Positions 53,916 through 62,508 of a stretch of 64,000 nt of DNA are shown piece after piece; within the stretch, counting starts at the first letter, position 1, and every line of letters begins with the position of its first letter. The notes below the pieces were generated by a model that was not told where the DNA came from, ran no database searches, and saw nothing but the letters and a program-made list of their open reading frames with translations. Source of the DNA: Bacteroidales bacterium (GTDB taxonomy: Bacteria > Bacteroidota > Bacteroidia > Bacteroidales > JAQXIO01); assembly GCA_029007825.1 (NCBI GenBank), contig JAQXIO010000067.1, positions 3,147 to 67,146 of the forward strand. The letters are read 5' to 3'. The position numbers were made by a program, and so were the translations under genes.

Positions 53916-54680
53916 CTATTTTTTCGGAAATTCGATTTCCCTGCGTCGGAACTCCGCGCAGACAACAGCCGTGGCGACCGCCACGTTAAGCGACTCTGAC
54001 GTAACACTGTCAGGCGGAAAATTCGGAATATAAAGCCGGTGCGTCAGAAGGGCATCCACCTCCGCACTGATACCGTTCCCCTCGTTCCCCATAACGATCA
54101 TACCCTTTCCGTCCAGTTTTTCACCATACAGGTTATTACCGTCCAGAACGGTTCCGTAAAGAGGCATATCCAACGTTTTCAGAAACGGTACAAGATCAGT
54201 ATAATGCACCCTCACGCGTGCCAGCGCACCCATCGTAGCCTGCACCGTCTTCGGGTTATACACATCCGCGCACTGGTGCGAACAAAACACCTCGCCGATA
54301 CCGAACCAATCCGCCAGACGGATAATCGTACCCATATTGCCCGGATCCTGCACCCCGTCCAACGCCAACGACAATTTCCCTTTCAGCGCCTCCCTGTCCG
54401 GCTCGTAAACCGGTTGGCGGAATACTGCCAGCACATCCTGCGGCGACTTCAGCAGCGAAGCGCTACGGATATCCTGCTCGTCCGCCACCACTAACTCCTC
54501 CGTATGTAAATCGCCCTGCGTAGCCATCCATTGCGGCTTTGCCACCAGCAACTCACACTCGAAATGCCCTAACAGGTCGGCCACTAATTTATTCCCTTCG
54601 GCAAGAAAAACACCGTACTCATCCCGAAACTTCTTTTTCTCTAACGACTTAATATATTTGATTTTATTCTTACTCAGCAT
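53916..54680 (-). CDS. TrmH/SpoU-family RNA 2-prime-O-methyltransferase
   Basis: 254 aa. SpoU motifs DPGNMGTIIRLAD, MGNEGNGIS and SLNVAVATAVV. The last ~21 codons before FPKK-stop lie in the right 65-bp repeat. Confidence 0.9.
   Translation of the reverse strand: MLSKNKIKYIKSLEKKKFRDEYGVFLAEGNKLVADLLGHFECELLVAKPQWMATQGDLHTEELVVADEQDIRSASLLKSPQDVLAVFRQPVYEPDREALKGKLSLALDGVQDPGNMGTIIRLADWFGIGEVFCSHQCADVYNPKTVQATMGALARVRVHYTDLVPFLKTLDMPLYGTVLDGNNLYGEKLDGKGMIVMGNEGNGISAEVDALLTHRLYIPNFPPDSVTSESLNVAVATAVVCAEFRRREIEFPKK
53931..53995 (+). repeat. 65-bp direct repeat, right copy (att-like), inside 3-prime end of TrmH-family gene
   Basis: Identical to 43087-43151. On the minus strand it encodes SLNVAVATAVVCAEFRRREIE. 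Confidence 0.95.
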
Positions 54681-54705
54681 CTGTTTATAATGTTATCAAA
54701 CAAAA

Positions 54706-55146
54706 TTATAAGGTTAGCACTTGGGTAAACTCATTATTTTTTTGAAAGTCATCATCCCATATAAATTTCACTTTAATTGTTTTCGGAAATCCCACTATTA
54801 ATCGAAATATCACTTCAGTCGAATCTTGAGGATTTAACAATTCATAAGGAAATGGGTTTTTAAATATATCTAAACGGTCAGCATTACTTATTAACTCAAA
54901 TCGCACATTTAATGCCTTAGATCGCCCCTTATTATATACTTTTAATGTTCTTGGCCCTTTTCCTACTTTTACAATATTTCCTCTTATCTGAGCCTTTTTT
55001 ATCTCAAGTTCTTCTATTTCGTTCTTTTTAAGTTGATAATCATTTAATTTTCTTTCTTGTTTTTTCAACTTATTATCATGAAATATAAAAGTAAAAATAC
55101 CAAATAATAAAGCAATACATGCCACAATAAGACTAGCTAATTCCAT
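54706..55146 (-). CDS. hypothetical membrane-anchored protein
   Basis: 146 aa. One N-terminal TM helix, a Lys/Glu-rich coiled segment, then a beta-rich C-terminal domain. AT-rich. Starts 3 nt after the upstream ORF. Confidence 0.55.
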   Translation of the reverse strand: MELASLIVACIALLFGIFTFIFHDNKLKKQERKLNDYQLKKNEIEELEIKKAQIRGNIVKVGKGPRTLKVYNKGRSKALNVRFELISNADRLDIFKNPFPYELLNPQDSTEVIFRLIVGFPKTIKVKFIWDDDFQKNNEFTQVLTL

Positions 55147-55149
55147 ATT

Positions 55150-55422
55150 TCACTTAAATCTTATAAATTTATTTCCACTGAATATTTTCCTAAATTTTCT
55201 AGTAATATCTTCTTCAATCTCAGCACTAATCTCCGCTTTAAATGAATCCACTCCTTCCAGAATTGTTCCTTCATTTAATTCAACCAATTCATCATACCCT
55301 CCCGGATATTCCCTATTACAAAGATTACATTTAATATGACTTCTATCCTCATCAAATTCAAAATCTTCACCACCACATGTTATACATCTAAGAATAATAT
55401 TTCTCGTATAATATTTTTTCAT
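55150..55422 (-). CDS. hypothetical zinc-ribbon protein
   Basis: 90 aa with CITCGG ... CNLCNREY (CxxC-x17-CxxC) and an acidic C-terminal half. AT-rich. Confidence 0.55.
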   Translation of the reverse strand: MKKYYTRNIILRCITCGGEDFEFDEDRSHIKCNLCNREYPGGYDELVELNEGTILEGVDSFKAEISAEIEEDITRKFRKIFSGNKFIRFK

Positions 55423-55532
55423 ATTCTAATATCATTTTAATACTAAATTAGACTTAAAAATGCAAAACACAAAACACTTTAGACGAATCATGTTGATTAG
55501 ATTAAAATATTTCTGTAAATCCAAAATTTTGT

Positions 55533-55572
55533 ATCAATAAAAAATTATCCCCTCTGATAAACCAGAGAGGAT
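55533..55572 (-). terminator. weak candidate terminator after TolC-family gene
   Basis: cccctctg (55549-55556) pairs with cagagagg (55563-55570), one mismatch. The plus-strand A-run at about 55538-55545 gives a U-tract on the minus transcript. Confidence 0.35.
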
Positions 55573-55616
55573 AATAACATACTTTTTTATTTACACTTTT
55601 AAAGTCTGAATATTTT

Positions 55617-56936
55617 TTACTCCAAACGTCCCGTTGCCCGCAGATATTCCGTTTCATAAATCTTATACTGCGTCTGAGCCTCTATATAATTGCTCTGAGA
55701 CTGCTGCCATTGCGACTGCGCATCTAACAAATCGGTCAGCGTACACATCGAAGCATCGTAACGCCCCTGCATCACGCGCAGATTCTCATCAGCCTGCCGG
55801 CACCCCAGCTCAGCCGTCTCCACCATACGATAACCATCCGTCACATTCTGGACAGCCTGGCGCACCTCGATACTCAGCAAACGCGTATTCCTCTGTAAAT
55901 CCAGTTCTGCATTCTGCAGATCCAGCCTCGCCTTCTTCACCTTCTTCAACCCCTCGCCCCAGTGGAAAAGCGGAATATTGACCGAAAGCATGGCAAGGCC
56001 GAAACCATCCTGGAACTTTTGGGTATAAGGAACATATCCGCCCATACCGTCGCTCGCCACACCATTCATCTTCACATTACCGTAATAAGAATATCCTGCC
56101 GAAAGTCCCACCATAGGAAGAATATCGGCACGGACAGACTTGATCTGTTCCTGCTGCGCCCCTACCTGCATCTGCAAAAGCTTCAGTTCGGGACGTTCGG
56201 CAATGCTCTCGTCCATCCGTGTAGGAGCCGCAACCGAAATAACCGTATCGGTCGGCACGATTTCCGTGTCCAATGATTTGCCCAACACATTGCAAAGCGC
56301 CAGTCGACACAAGTCAGAACCGTTCCGCGCCTTCTGCAACTGGTACTCTATCTCGCTCCGCTTCGTCGTGATACGCAGCAAATCGTTCTCCGTTCCCATC
56401 TCCGCGGCAACACTTACCTCCGCCTGCCTGTACAAAGCCTCCATCTGCCGGCTGTACGTTTCGAGCATACGCACCTTCCTCTCCACCGCGATAAAAGTCC
56501 AGTAAGCATGATCGGCATCCGCTATCACCTCCATACGCGTTTTACGCTGCGTCTCGGCAGCACATTCGCGCCCGATCTTAGCTAACTTATTACCGGCCAT
56601 GATACGCCCTCCGGCATAAATAGGCTGTGTCAGCGTTATACCCGCAAAATACATGCCCCGCATCTGCAATTCCGCACCCATCATATCGAGATCGGGAAAC
56701 ACATAAGTACCTGAAGCCATAGCATCGAACTTAGGCAGATAAGCCGTAAAAGCAATTGCCTTGTCCAGTTCCGCCTGCCGCAAAGCATTATCAGCCTTCT
56801 TAAGCTCTTCGTTATGGGCAAGAGCCATCTGCCGGCACTCCGCCTGCGAAAGAACGAGAGGATTCTGTGCGGCAGCACCCATGCCCGGCACCACGATAGC
56901 AGCGATATATATAAGAATTCGTTTCATCTTTTTCAT
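55617..56936 (-). CDS. TolC-family outer-membrane efflux protein
   Basis: 439 aa. Signal peptide. Two-repeat coiled-coil/barrel organisation with typical motifs (LSLSQAECRQMALAHNEELK-type N-terminus, YLPKF, NIPLFHWG). Last gene of the efflux operon. Confidence 0.9.
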   Translation of the reverse strand: MKKMKRILIYIAAIVVPGMGAAAQNPLVLSQAECRQMALAHNEELKKADNALRQAELDKAIAFTAYLPKFDAMASGTYVFPDLDMMGAELQMRGMYFAGITLTQPIYAGGRIMAGNKLAKIGRECAAETQRKTRMEVIADADHAYWTFIAVERKVRMLETYSRQMEALYRQAEVSVAAEMGTENDLLRITTKRSEIEYQLQKARNGSDLCRLALCNVLGKSLDTEIVPTDTVISVAAPTRMDESIAERPELKLLQMQVGAQQEQIKSVRADILPMVGLSAGYSYYGNVKMNGVASDGMGGYVPYTQKFQDGFGLAMLSVNIPLFHWGEGLKKVKKARLDLQNAELDLQRNTRLLSIEVRQAVQNVTDGYRMVETAELGCRQADENLRVMQGRYDASMCTLTDLLDAQSQWQQSQSNYIEAQTQYKIYETEYLRATGRLE

Positions 56937-57001
56937 CTTAATTTAAAATCGAAACACAATACAGGTTTCTGTTACTCTTTATACAATACTGAAATACCCG
57001 G

Positions 57002-60000
57002 TCACTTCTGCGTTTTTTCCGGCTTCTTCACATGGAACAGCGCCGTATAGAACAAAGGCAGCAAAATCAGGGTAATAATCGTACCCACCGTCAGGCCGCC
57101 CATAATGGTAATAGCCATCGAACCGTACATCGGGTCGGCAACCAGCGGGATCATACCCACGATCGTGGTAAGCGACGCCATGATTACCGGACGCACACGC
57201 GATACAGTAGCATTGATCACGGCATCGTACGGATGCTGGTGCTCCTCCTTATACAGGCGGTTGATCTCATCCACCAGCACAATAGAATTTTTCACCATCA
57301 TACCGATCAGCCCCATCATACCGATAATCGCCATAAACGTAAACGGCTCGCGGAAAGTAAGCAGCGCCACGGTAATACCGCAGAACACGAACGGGAAACA
57401 GATCAGGATCAGGAAAACCTTCTTCCAGTTATTGAAAAGCAGCAGCAAAATACCAAGAATGATAAACATCGTGATAGGCATATACTTCATCAGGTTATTG
57501 ATCGCATCATCCTGCATCTCGATTTCACCCACCCACTTCATATTATAGCCCTCCGGCAGATGAATCGCATCAATATCGTCTTTGATAGACTCCATTACCT
57601 TGGCCGGCGTAGCGTCGTACAGCTCGTAATCCGGGTCGCATTCCGCCTCGATCGCACGCTGGCCGTTTTCGCGGAGCACCAAATCCTCCTCCCAGTCCAA
57701 GCGCACATCGCGCGTAACATTGCTCAGCGGCGTGCTTCGGAACATTTTATCCTGCAGCTCACTCATCCCCTTCGAGCCGGTCATAACACCCTTCATATCC
57801 TCGTCGGTCATCCGCACGTTCATCATGCTCCACACCGGTATGTCGTTCAGGTTCTTGATCTTGCTCCCGTCGGCATTGCGTACCATCAGGTTTACAATCA
57901 CCATACGGTCCTGATCGTTCAGCAAACCCACAGGCATGCCGTCCGTAGCAGCCATCAGGGCATTCCCCACGTCACCGCGCTCGATGCCAGAACGCAAAGC
58001 ATCCTGCTGCACATATTCGGCAATAAGCGATTTACCCTTCGGCTTCCAGTTATTCTGCACCGAGTACGGGTCCACATACGGGCAATTGCGCATAATAGCC
58101 TCCGCCTGCCCGGCAAGGTCGCGAAGCACGGAAGGATCGGGGCCTGTAAACTGCACCTCCACCGTATGGGTAGTAGAGATAGAGAAATTATATTTACGGA
58201 GACGGATATAAGCGTCGGGATACTTCTCCCGCAACAACTTACGAACCGACGGAATCTGTTCCACAACGGTAGCATAATCCTTACAATCCACGATCAGCTC
58301 GCCGTAACAATCGCCCCCCGATGTCATCGGACGCACTAAGCAGTAACGCGCCGGAGCACTCCCCATACTGGCAGCCACGCGTTCCACCTCCGGGTTCTGC
58401 ATCAGCAGCTCGCTCATCTCCAGCAGGTCATGGCGCACACGTTCCGGGTCTGTCTGCGCAGGCAGGTAATACTCTACGATAAACTGTTTGTAATCGAAAT
58501 CGGGGAAAAAGATATTCTTCACCTTGCTCATTCCGAAAATACAAAGAGCCAATACCGCAAAAGCCACGACAATAGTCGTTTTCTTATATTCGATCAAGAA
58601 AGCGATGCTGCGGCGCACAAAACGGTGAATAGGCGAATTCATCACCTCCTCGCTCGTTTTTTTCTTATCATCCTTCTCTCGCGCCGGCAGCCACGCCTTG
58701 GCACACATCGGCACCTGCACCAATGCCAGCACCCAGCTCGCCAACAAACTCACGCACAAAACGAGGAACAAATCGTGCGCATACTCCCCCGCCGAATCGG
58801 GCGAAAGGTAAACATTCACGAAAGTAGAAGCAGCGATTATGGTAGCCCCCAGCAACGGCATCGCCGTATTCCGCCCGATGCGGTACAGGTACGTCTTCGG
58901 CCCCAGACCCCGCTTCTTATCGATCAGGATACCGTCCATAATAACGATGGCATTATCCACCAGCATACCCATAGCGACAATAAAAGCCCCTAACGAAATA
59001 CGCTGCAAGGTAGTGCCCAGACTAAGCAAAATCGGGAAAGACACAGCAATCGTAAGCACCAGACCAAAGCCGATAATAACGCCGCTGCGGAATCCCATGG
59101 TAAAAATCAAAACCAAAATCACGATAGCCACCGACTCGATCAGGTTAATCATAAACGAATTGATCGCCTCGTCAACCTTTTCAGGCTGGAAAAAAACCTT
59201 CTCCGTCTCCATGCCGGCAGGTACCTCTTTCATCACCTCCGCCAGCCGCGCATCCACCGCTTTACCCACATCGGGCACGATAGCACTTGACTCCATAGCG
59301 ATACAAATAGCCAGAGCCGGCTTTCCGTCCACAAAAAAGCCGTTGCGCTGAGGCTCGGCATACGTCCGCTCGATCATTGCGATATCGCCCAAGCGCATCT
59401 GCTTGCCATCCATCGTGCTGATAAGCAAATTACGAATATCTTCCTCGTTCTCGATCGCCTCGTCCACGCGAAGCTGAATCTTGTCGTCGCCGTTCTGGTA
59501 AGCCCCCGCATTCACCGTCTTCCCCGCATTCTGCAAAGACATCATAATCTGCGCCGGCACAATACCGTTGCGCGAAATCTTCTCCTTCGGCACGATAATA
59601 TTGATCACCTCGTCGCGGTTCCCGACAATATTGATGCGCTTCACACCTTTTACCCCGAGCAACTCGCGGCGCAGCATCTTCGCATACTTGTACATCTCAG
59701 GATAAGAATAACCGTCGCTCGTAAAAGCATAGAAAATACCGTACACATCCATCATATCGTCCACCACGATCGGATCGTAACAATCCTGCGGCAACTTCAT
59801 CCGCGCATCGCTCACCTTACGGCGCAGCAAATCGAAATGCTGCTCTAAGTCCTTCATCAACACCGTTGTCTGGAACTCGACCGTAAACATAGCCGACCCG
59901 CTCTGACACTCGGTCTTTATCTTTTTTACGTTCGGCAAGGCACGGAGCTCGTCCTCCATAACCTGTGCCACTTTCAACTCTACCTCATGGGCACTGGCGC

Positions 60001-60157
60001 CGGGATAAGGCACCACCACCATTGCCTGCTTTACGGCGATAGCCGGGTCTTCTAACTTCGGCATCTGCAGGAACGAAAGCACACCCGCTATCAGGATACC
60101 GGCCATCAACGACCAGAACAAGGTCGGACGGCGGATAAAAAATTCGGTCAGCTTCAT
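57002..60157 (-). CDS. RND efflux permease (AcrB/AcrD/AcrF family)
   Basis: 1051 aa. 12-TM pattern with two large periplasmic loops. FFIRRPTLFW N-terminus. The start overlaps the adaptor stop (ATGA at 60155-60159). Confidence 0.95.
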   Translation of the reverse strand: MKLTEFFIRRPTLFWSLMAGILIAGVLSFLQMPKLEDPAIAVKQAMVVVPYPGASAHEVELKVAQVMEDELRALPNVKKIKTECQSGSAMFTVEFQTTVLMKDLEQHFDLLRRKVSDARMKLPQDCYDPIVVDDMMDVYGIFYAFTSDGYSYPEMYKYAKMLRRELLGVKGVKRINIVGNRDEVINIIVPKEKISRNGIVPAQIMMSLQNAGKTVNAGAYQNGDDKIQLRVDEAIENEEDIRNLLISTMDGKQMRLGDIAMIERTYAEPQRNGFFVDGKPALAICIAMESSAIVPDVGKAVDARLAEVMKEVPAGMETEKVFFQPEKVDEAINSFMINLIESVAIVILVLIFTMGFRSGVIIGFGLVLTIAVSFPILLSLGTTLQRISLGAFIVAMGMLVDNAIVIMDGILIDKKRGLGPKTYLYRIGRNTAMPLLGATIIAASTFVNVYLSPDSAGEYAHDLFLVLCVSLLASWVLALVQVPMCAKAWLPAREKDDKKKTSEEVMNSPIHRFVRRSIAFLIEYKKTTIVVAFAVLALCIFGMSKVKNIFFPDFDYKQFIVEYYLPAQTDPERVRHDLLEMSELLMQNPEVERVAASMGSAPARYCLVRPMTSGGDCYGELIVDCKDYATVVEQIPSVRKLLREKYPDAYIRLRKYNFSISTTHTVEVQFTGPDPSVLRDLAGQAEAIMRNCPYVDPYSVQNNWKPKGKSLIAEYVQQDALRSGIERGDVGNALMAATDGMPVGLLNDQDRMVIVNLMVRNADGSKIKNLNDIPVWSMMNVRMTDEDMKGVMTGSKGMSELQDKMFRSTPLSNVTRDVRLDWEEDLVLRENGQRAIEAECDPDYELYDATPAKVMESIKDDIDAIHLPEGYNMKWVGEIEMQDDAINNLMKYMPITMFIILGILLLLFNNWKKVFLILICFPFVFCGITVALLTFREPFTFMAIIGMMGLIGMMVKNSIVLVDEINRLYKEEHQHPYDAVINATVSRVRPVIMASLTTIVGMIPLVADPMYGSMAITIMGGLTVGTIITLILLPLFYTALFHVKKPEKTQK

Positions 60158-61215
60158 CAGATCAATCCTCCCACATTGGTTTCGGCAGGCTCCTCTATCA
60201 CCCGCACCTTCTCATTCTCCTGCAAAGCATTCACTCCGGCCTTTATAACCCGCTCGTCACCGTTCAGGCCCGATGTAATCACCGCATTGCCCGATGCATC
60301 GGTACCGTCTACCGTAACCTCTCTCCGCACAACAGTAGTATCGTTGCCCAGCACCCATACATACGTGTTCTCCTTCTCCCGGAAAAGAGTATGCAAAGGC
60401 AACGTGAAAAAACCGGCATTCTCCGAACCGGCTATACGGATTCCGATCTCGACGTTCATACCGGCGGTCAAGCGTTTATCGTCCGCCCCGTCGAATACAA
60501 GGCGCATTCTGTACAACTGGTTTCCGTCAGCCTTCGGCGTAATACTGATCAACTTCATCGGCAACTCTTCGCCCCCCGTAAAAGCCGACTGGCAGAAAAA
60601 TCCGGTGAAACGGTCGCGCTGTACGAACAGACTCGCAGGAATATCGACTTCCACCTCCATTCGCTTTACATCTAACAGGTTCACGATCGGAGTTCCGGCA
60701 TCCACCATCTCGGCAGGTTCGAAATTCACACTCTGCACATACCCGTCCACAGGCGCATAAAGGCGCGTATAATCCAGCTTGTTCTGGTTCGTCTGCAACT
60801 GTACCTTCAACTGCTGCAGCCCCGCTACCGCCTTCTCATAGTCATTCCCCGAGAGGCTCTTTTCATCGTACAACTTCTTCATACGCGCCACCTCGTTTTT
60901 CATCTGGTCGTATTGAATCTGAGCCGCCTCGACCCCCAGCTTATAATCGGCATCGTCCAGACGCGCAATCAACTGTCCCTGACGCACGTAATCACCCTCC
61001 TTCACCGCTATACGTTCAATCTGTCCGGGCGTCTTAAACCCCAAACTGATTTCATGCGCCTCCTGCACGATACCCGAAAACGATTTTACGCTTTCCGTAC
61101 CCAGCCGTACAGGTTCGGTCAATACTACGCTGCGGGTGAACGTCTCCTGCTGTTTTTCCGCACATCCGCAGAGAAGGCACGAAACAGCTACCATGGTTGT
61201 CATTATTCCTTTCAT
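60157..61215 (-). CDS. RND efflux periplasmic adaptor (MFP/HlyD-like) lipoprotein
   Basis: Start set to ATG 61215 (MKGIMTTMVAVSCLLCGC lipobox). Lipoyl/barrel-sandwich motifs (VKEGDYVRQGQLIARLD, APVDGYV). Confidence 0.9.
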   Translation of the reverse strand: MKGIMTTMVAVSCLLCGCAEKQQETFTRSVVLTEPVRLGTESVKSFSGIVQEAHEISLGFKTPGQIERIAVKEGDYVRQGQLIARLDDADYKLGVEAAQIQYDQMKNEVARMKKLYDEKSLSGNDYEKAVAGLQQLKVQLQTNQNKLDYTRLYAPVDGYVQSVNFEPAEMVDAGTPIVNLLDVKRMEVEVDIPASLFVQRDRFTGFFCQSAFTGGEELPMKLISITPKADGNQLYRMRLVFDGADDKRLTAGMNVEIGIRIAGSENAGFFTLPLHTLFREKENTYVWVLGNDTTVVRREVTVDGTDASGNAVITSGLNGDERVIKAGVNALQENEKVRVIEEPAETNVGGLI

Positions 61216-61396
61216 CAATTTTTCGAATTTGGATTTCTCGGCCGCAAAGTTCACACTTTTCCACCTCTTCTCAATAACCTTATTATCCGATAAAATGGTC
61301 TAAAGGATGGATTTTCGCTAAAAATCGGACAAAAAGGACAAATTTATTGTCCGGGAAAAGATATATTTGTAATAAAATTGATTTGTCCGACAAAAT

Positions 61397-62314
61397 ATGG
61401 TTATAAAAGAAAGCTCCATATTCAGCCAGCTCGACCTGATGATGCTTCCCTCGACCGAGCGCACACTGATTTTCGAAGACGAACTTATGCTAACCGACAA
61501 CATCGGATATCCTCCCGAGCTGGAACCAGTTCCATCGTTCGTCACATCCTCCTCCTACCCTTTCAAACTGATGTTCACCCTCGTAATGTGCTGCACGAAA
61601 GGACATATGCGGGTAAGGCTGAACCTGATGGAATACGAACTGAAAGCAAACGGCGTACTCATAGCCATCCCCAACTCGATCGGCGAATGCCTGGAAATAA
61701 GCAGCGATTTCCAAGTAGCGGTACTGGCAATATCCGGCAATAGCCTCCCGGCGGAAAGCAATCCGGCAGGAAGCATACAAGCGCTGAAATTCCTCACCCA
61801 ACAAGCTCTCCTTCATCTCTCTGACGAAGAACTGGAAGAATTTCTCTCCATCTACAACCTGATGCGCCGGAAAATACAGCAGCCAAACTATGCATTTACA
61901 CGCGAAGCATTGAAAGGCTATATGCAAGTACTTTTCTGCAATGGCTACAATACGATGGTGACACACGGAAAAGCGGAAAAATCGGCAGCGGGAAACCGCC
62001 AGCAAATGTTGTTCGATACCTTTCTGGAACAGGTGCAGAAGCATTACACCCGGCAACGAAGCATCAGCTACTATGCCAACGCACTCTGCATCACCCCGAA
62101 ATACCTCTCGCAGGCAGTATACAAAGTAAGTGGCCGCTACGCCGGCGAATGGATAAAAGATTACGTGATTCTGGAAGCGAAAGCCCTGCTGAAAAGCAAA
62201 AAATACACAGTGCAGCAGGTAAGCGACCTGCTCGATTTCGCCAATGTCTCCTTCTTCGGAAAGTATTTCAAGGCGGCAGTAGGGTGCTCGCCGAGAAAAT
62301 ACCAGATGGGATAA
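61397..62314 (+). CDS. AraC-family transcriptional regulator, divergent from efflux operon
   Basis: 305 aa. C-terminal double HTH (ISYYANALCITPKYLSQAV ... VQQVSDLLDFANVSFFGKYFKAAVGCSPRKY). Confidence 0.9.
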   Translation: MVIKESSIFSQLDLMMLPSTERTLIFEDELMLTDNIGYPPELEPVPSFVTSSSYPFKLMFTLVMCCTKGHMRVRLNLMEYELKANGVLIAIPNSIGECLEISSDFQVAVLAISGNSLPAESNPAGSIQALKFLTQQALLHLSDEELEEFLSIYNLMRRKIQQPNYAFTREALKGYMQVLFCNGYNTMVTHGKAEKSAAGNRQQMLFDTFLEQVQKHYTRQRSISYYANALCITPKYLSQAVYKVSGRYAGEWIKDYVILEAKALLKSKKYTVQQVSDLLDFANVSFFGKYFKAAVGCSPRKYQMG

Positions 62315-62508
62315 GAGAAGCACGGCACGTTCCTTTCCCGATTCGCCCGCCAAAGCGATTTTTTTGCGGGGCAAAGAGAAAAAGAAGCACCGAATAAGCT
62401 ATCTTTGCGATAGATAAGCAAACTCTGCAACACATCCGTCCGTTGGCACGCAACGGCAATACGCAGAGAAAATACAAACCAAAACCCTCTAAAAGCGAAC
62501 GCAGGTCG

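Larger units (their letters stand above)
43087..53995. mobile_element. putative integrated genomic island (10.8 kb between 65-bp direct repeats), no recombinase gene detected
   Basis: Perfect direct repeats derived from the 3-prime end of the TrmH-family gene. The interior carries a visibly AT-rich 5-gene operon plus one host-like-composition lipoprotein gene. No integrase or transposase ORF was recognised. Confidence 0.5.

Noticed and set aside
57032-58339. 435-aa plus-strand ORF opposite the RND permease
   Set aside because: It is a His/Arg/Gln-rich antisense artefact, and the minus-strand frame is a canonical AcrB-type protein.
61490-62374. 294-aa minus-strand ORF opposite the AraC regulator
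   Set aside because: The plus-strand frame shows the AraC double HTH, and the antisense frame has no motif.
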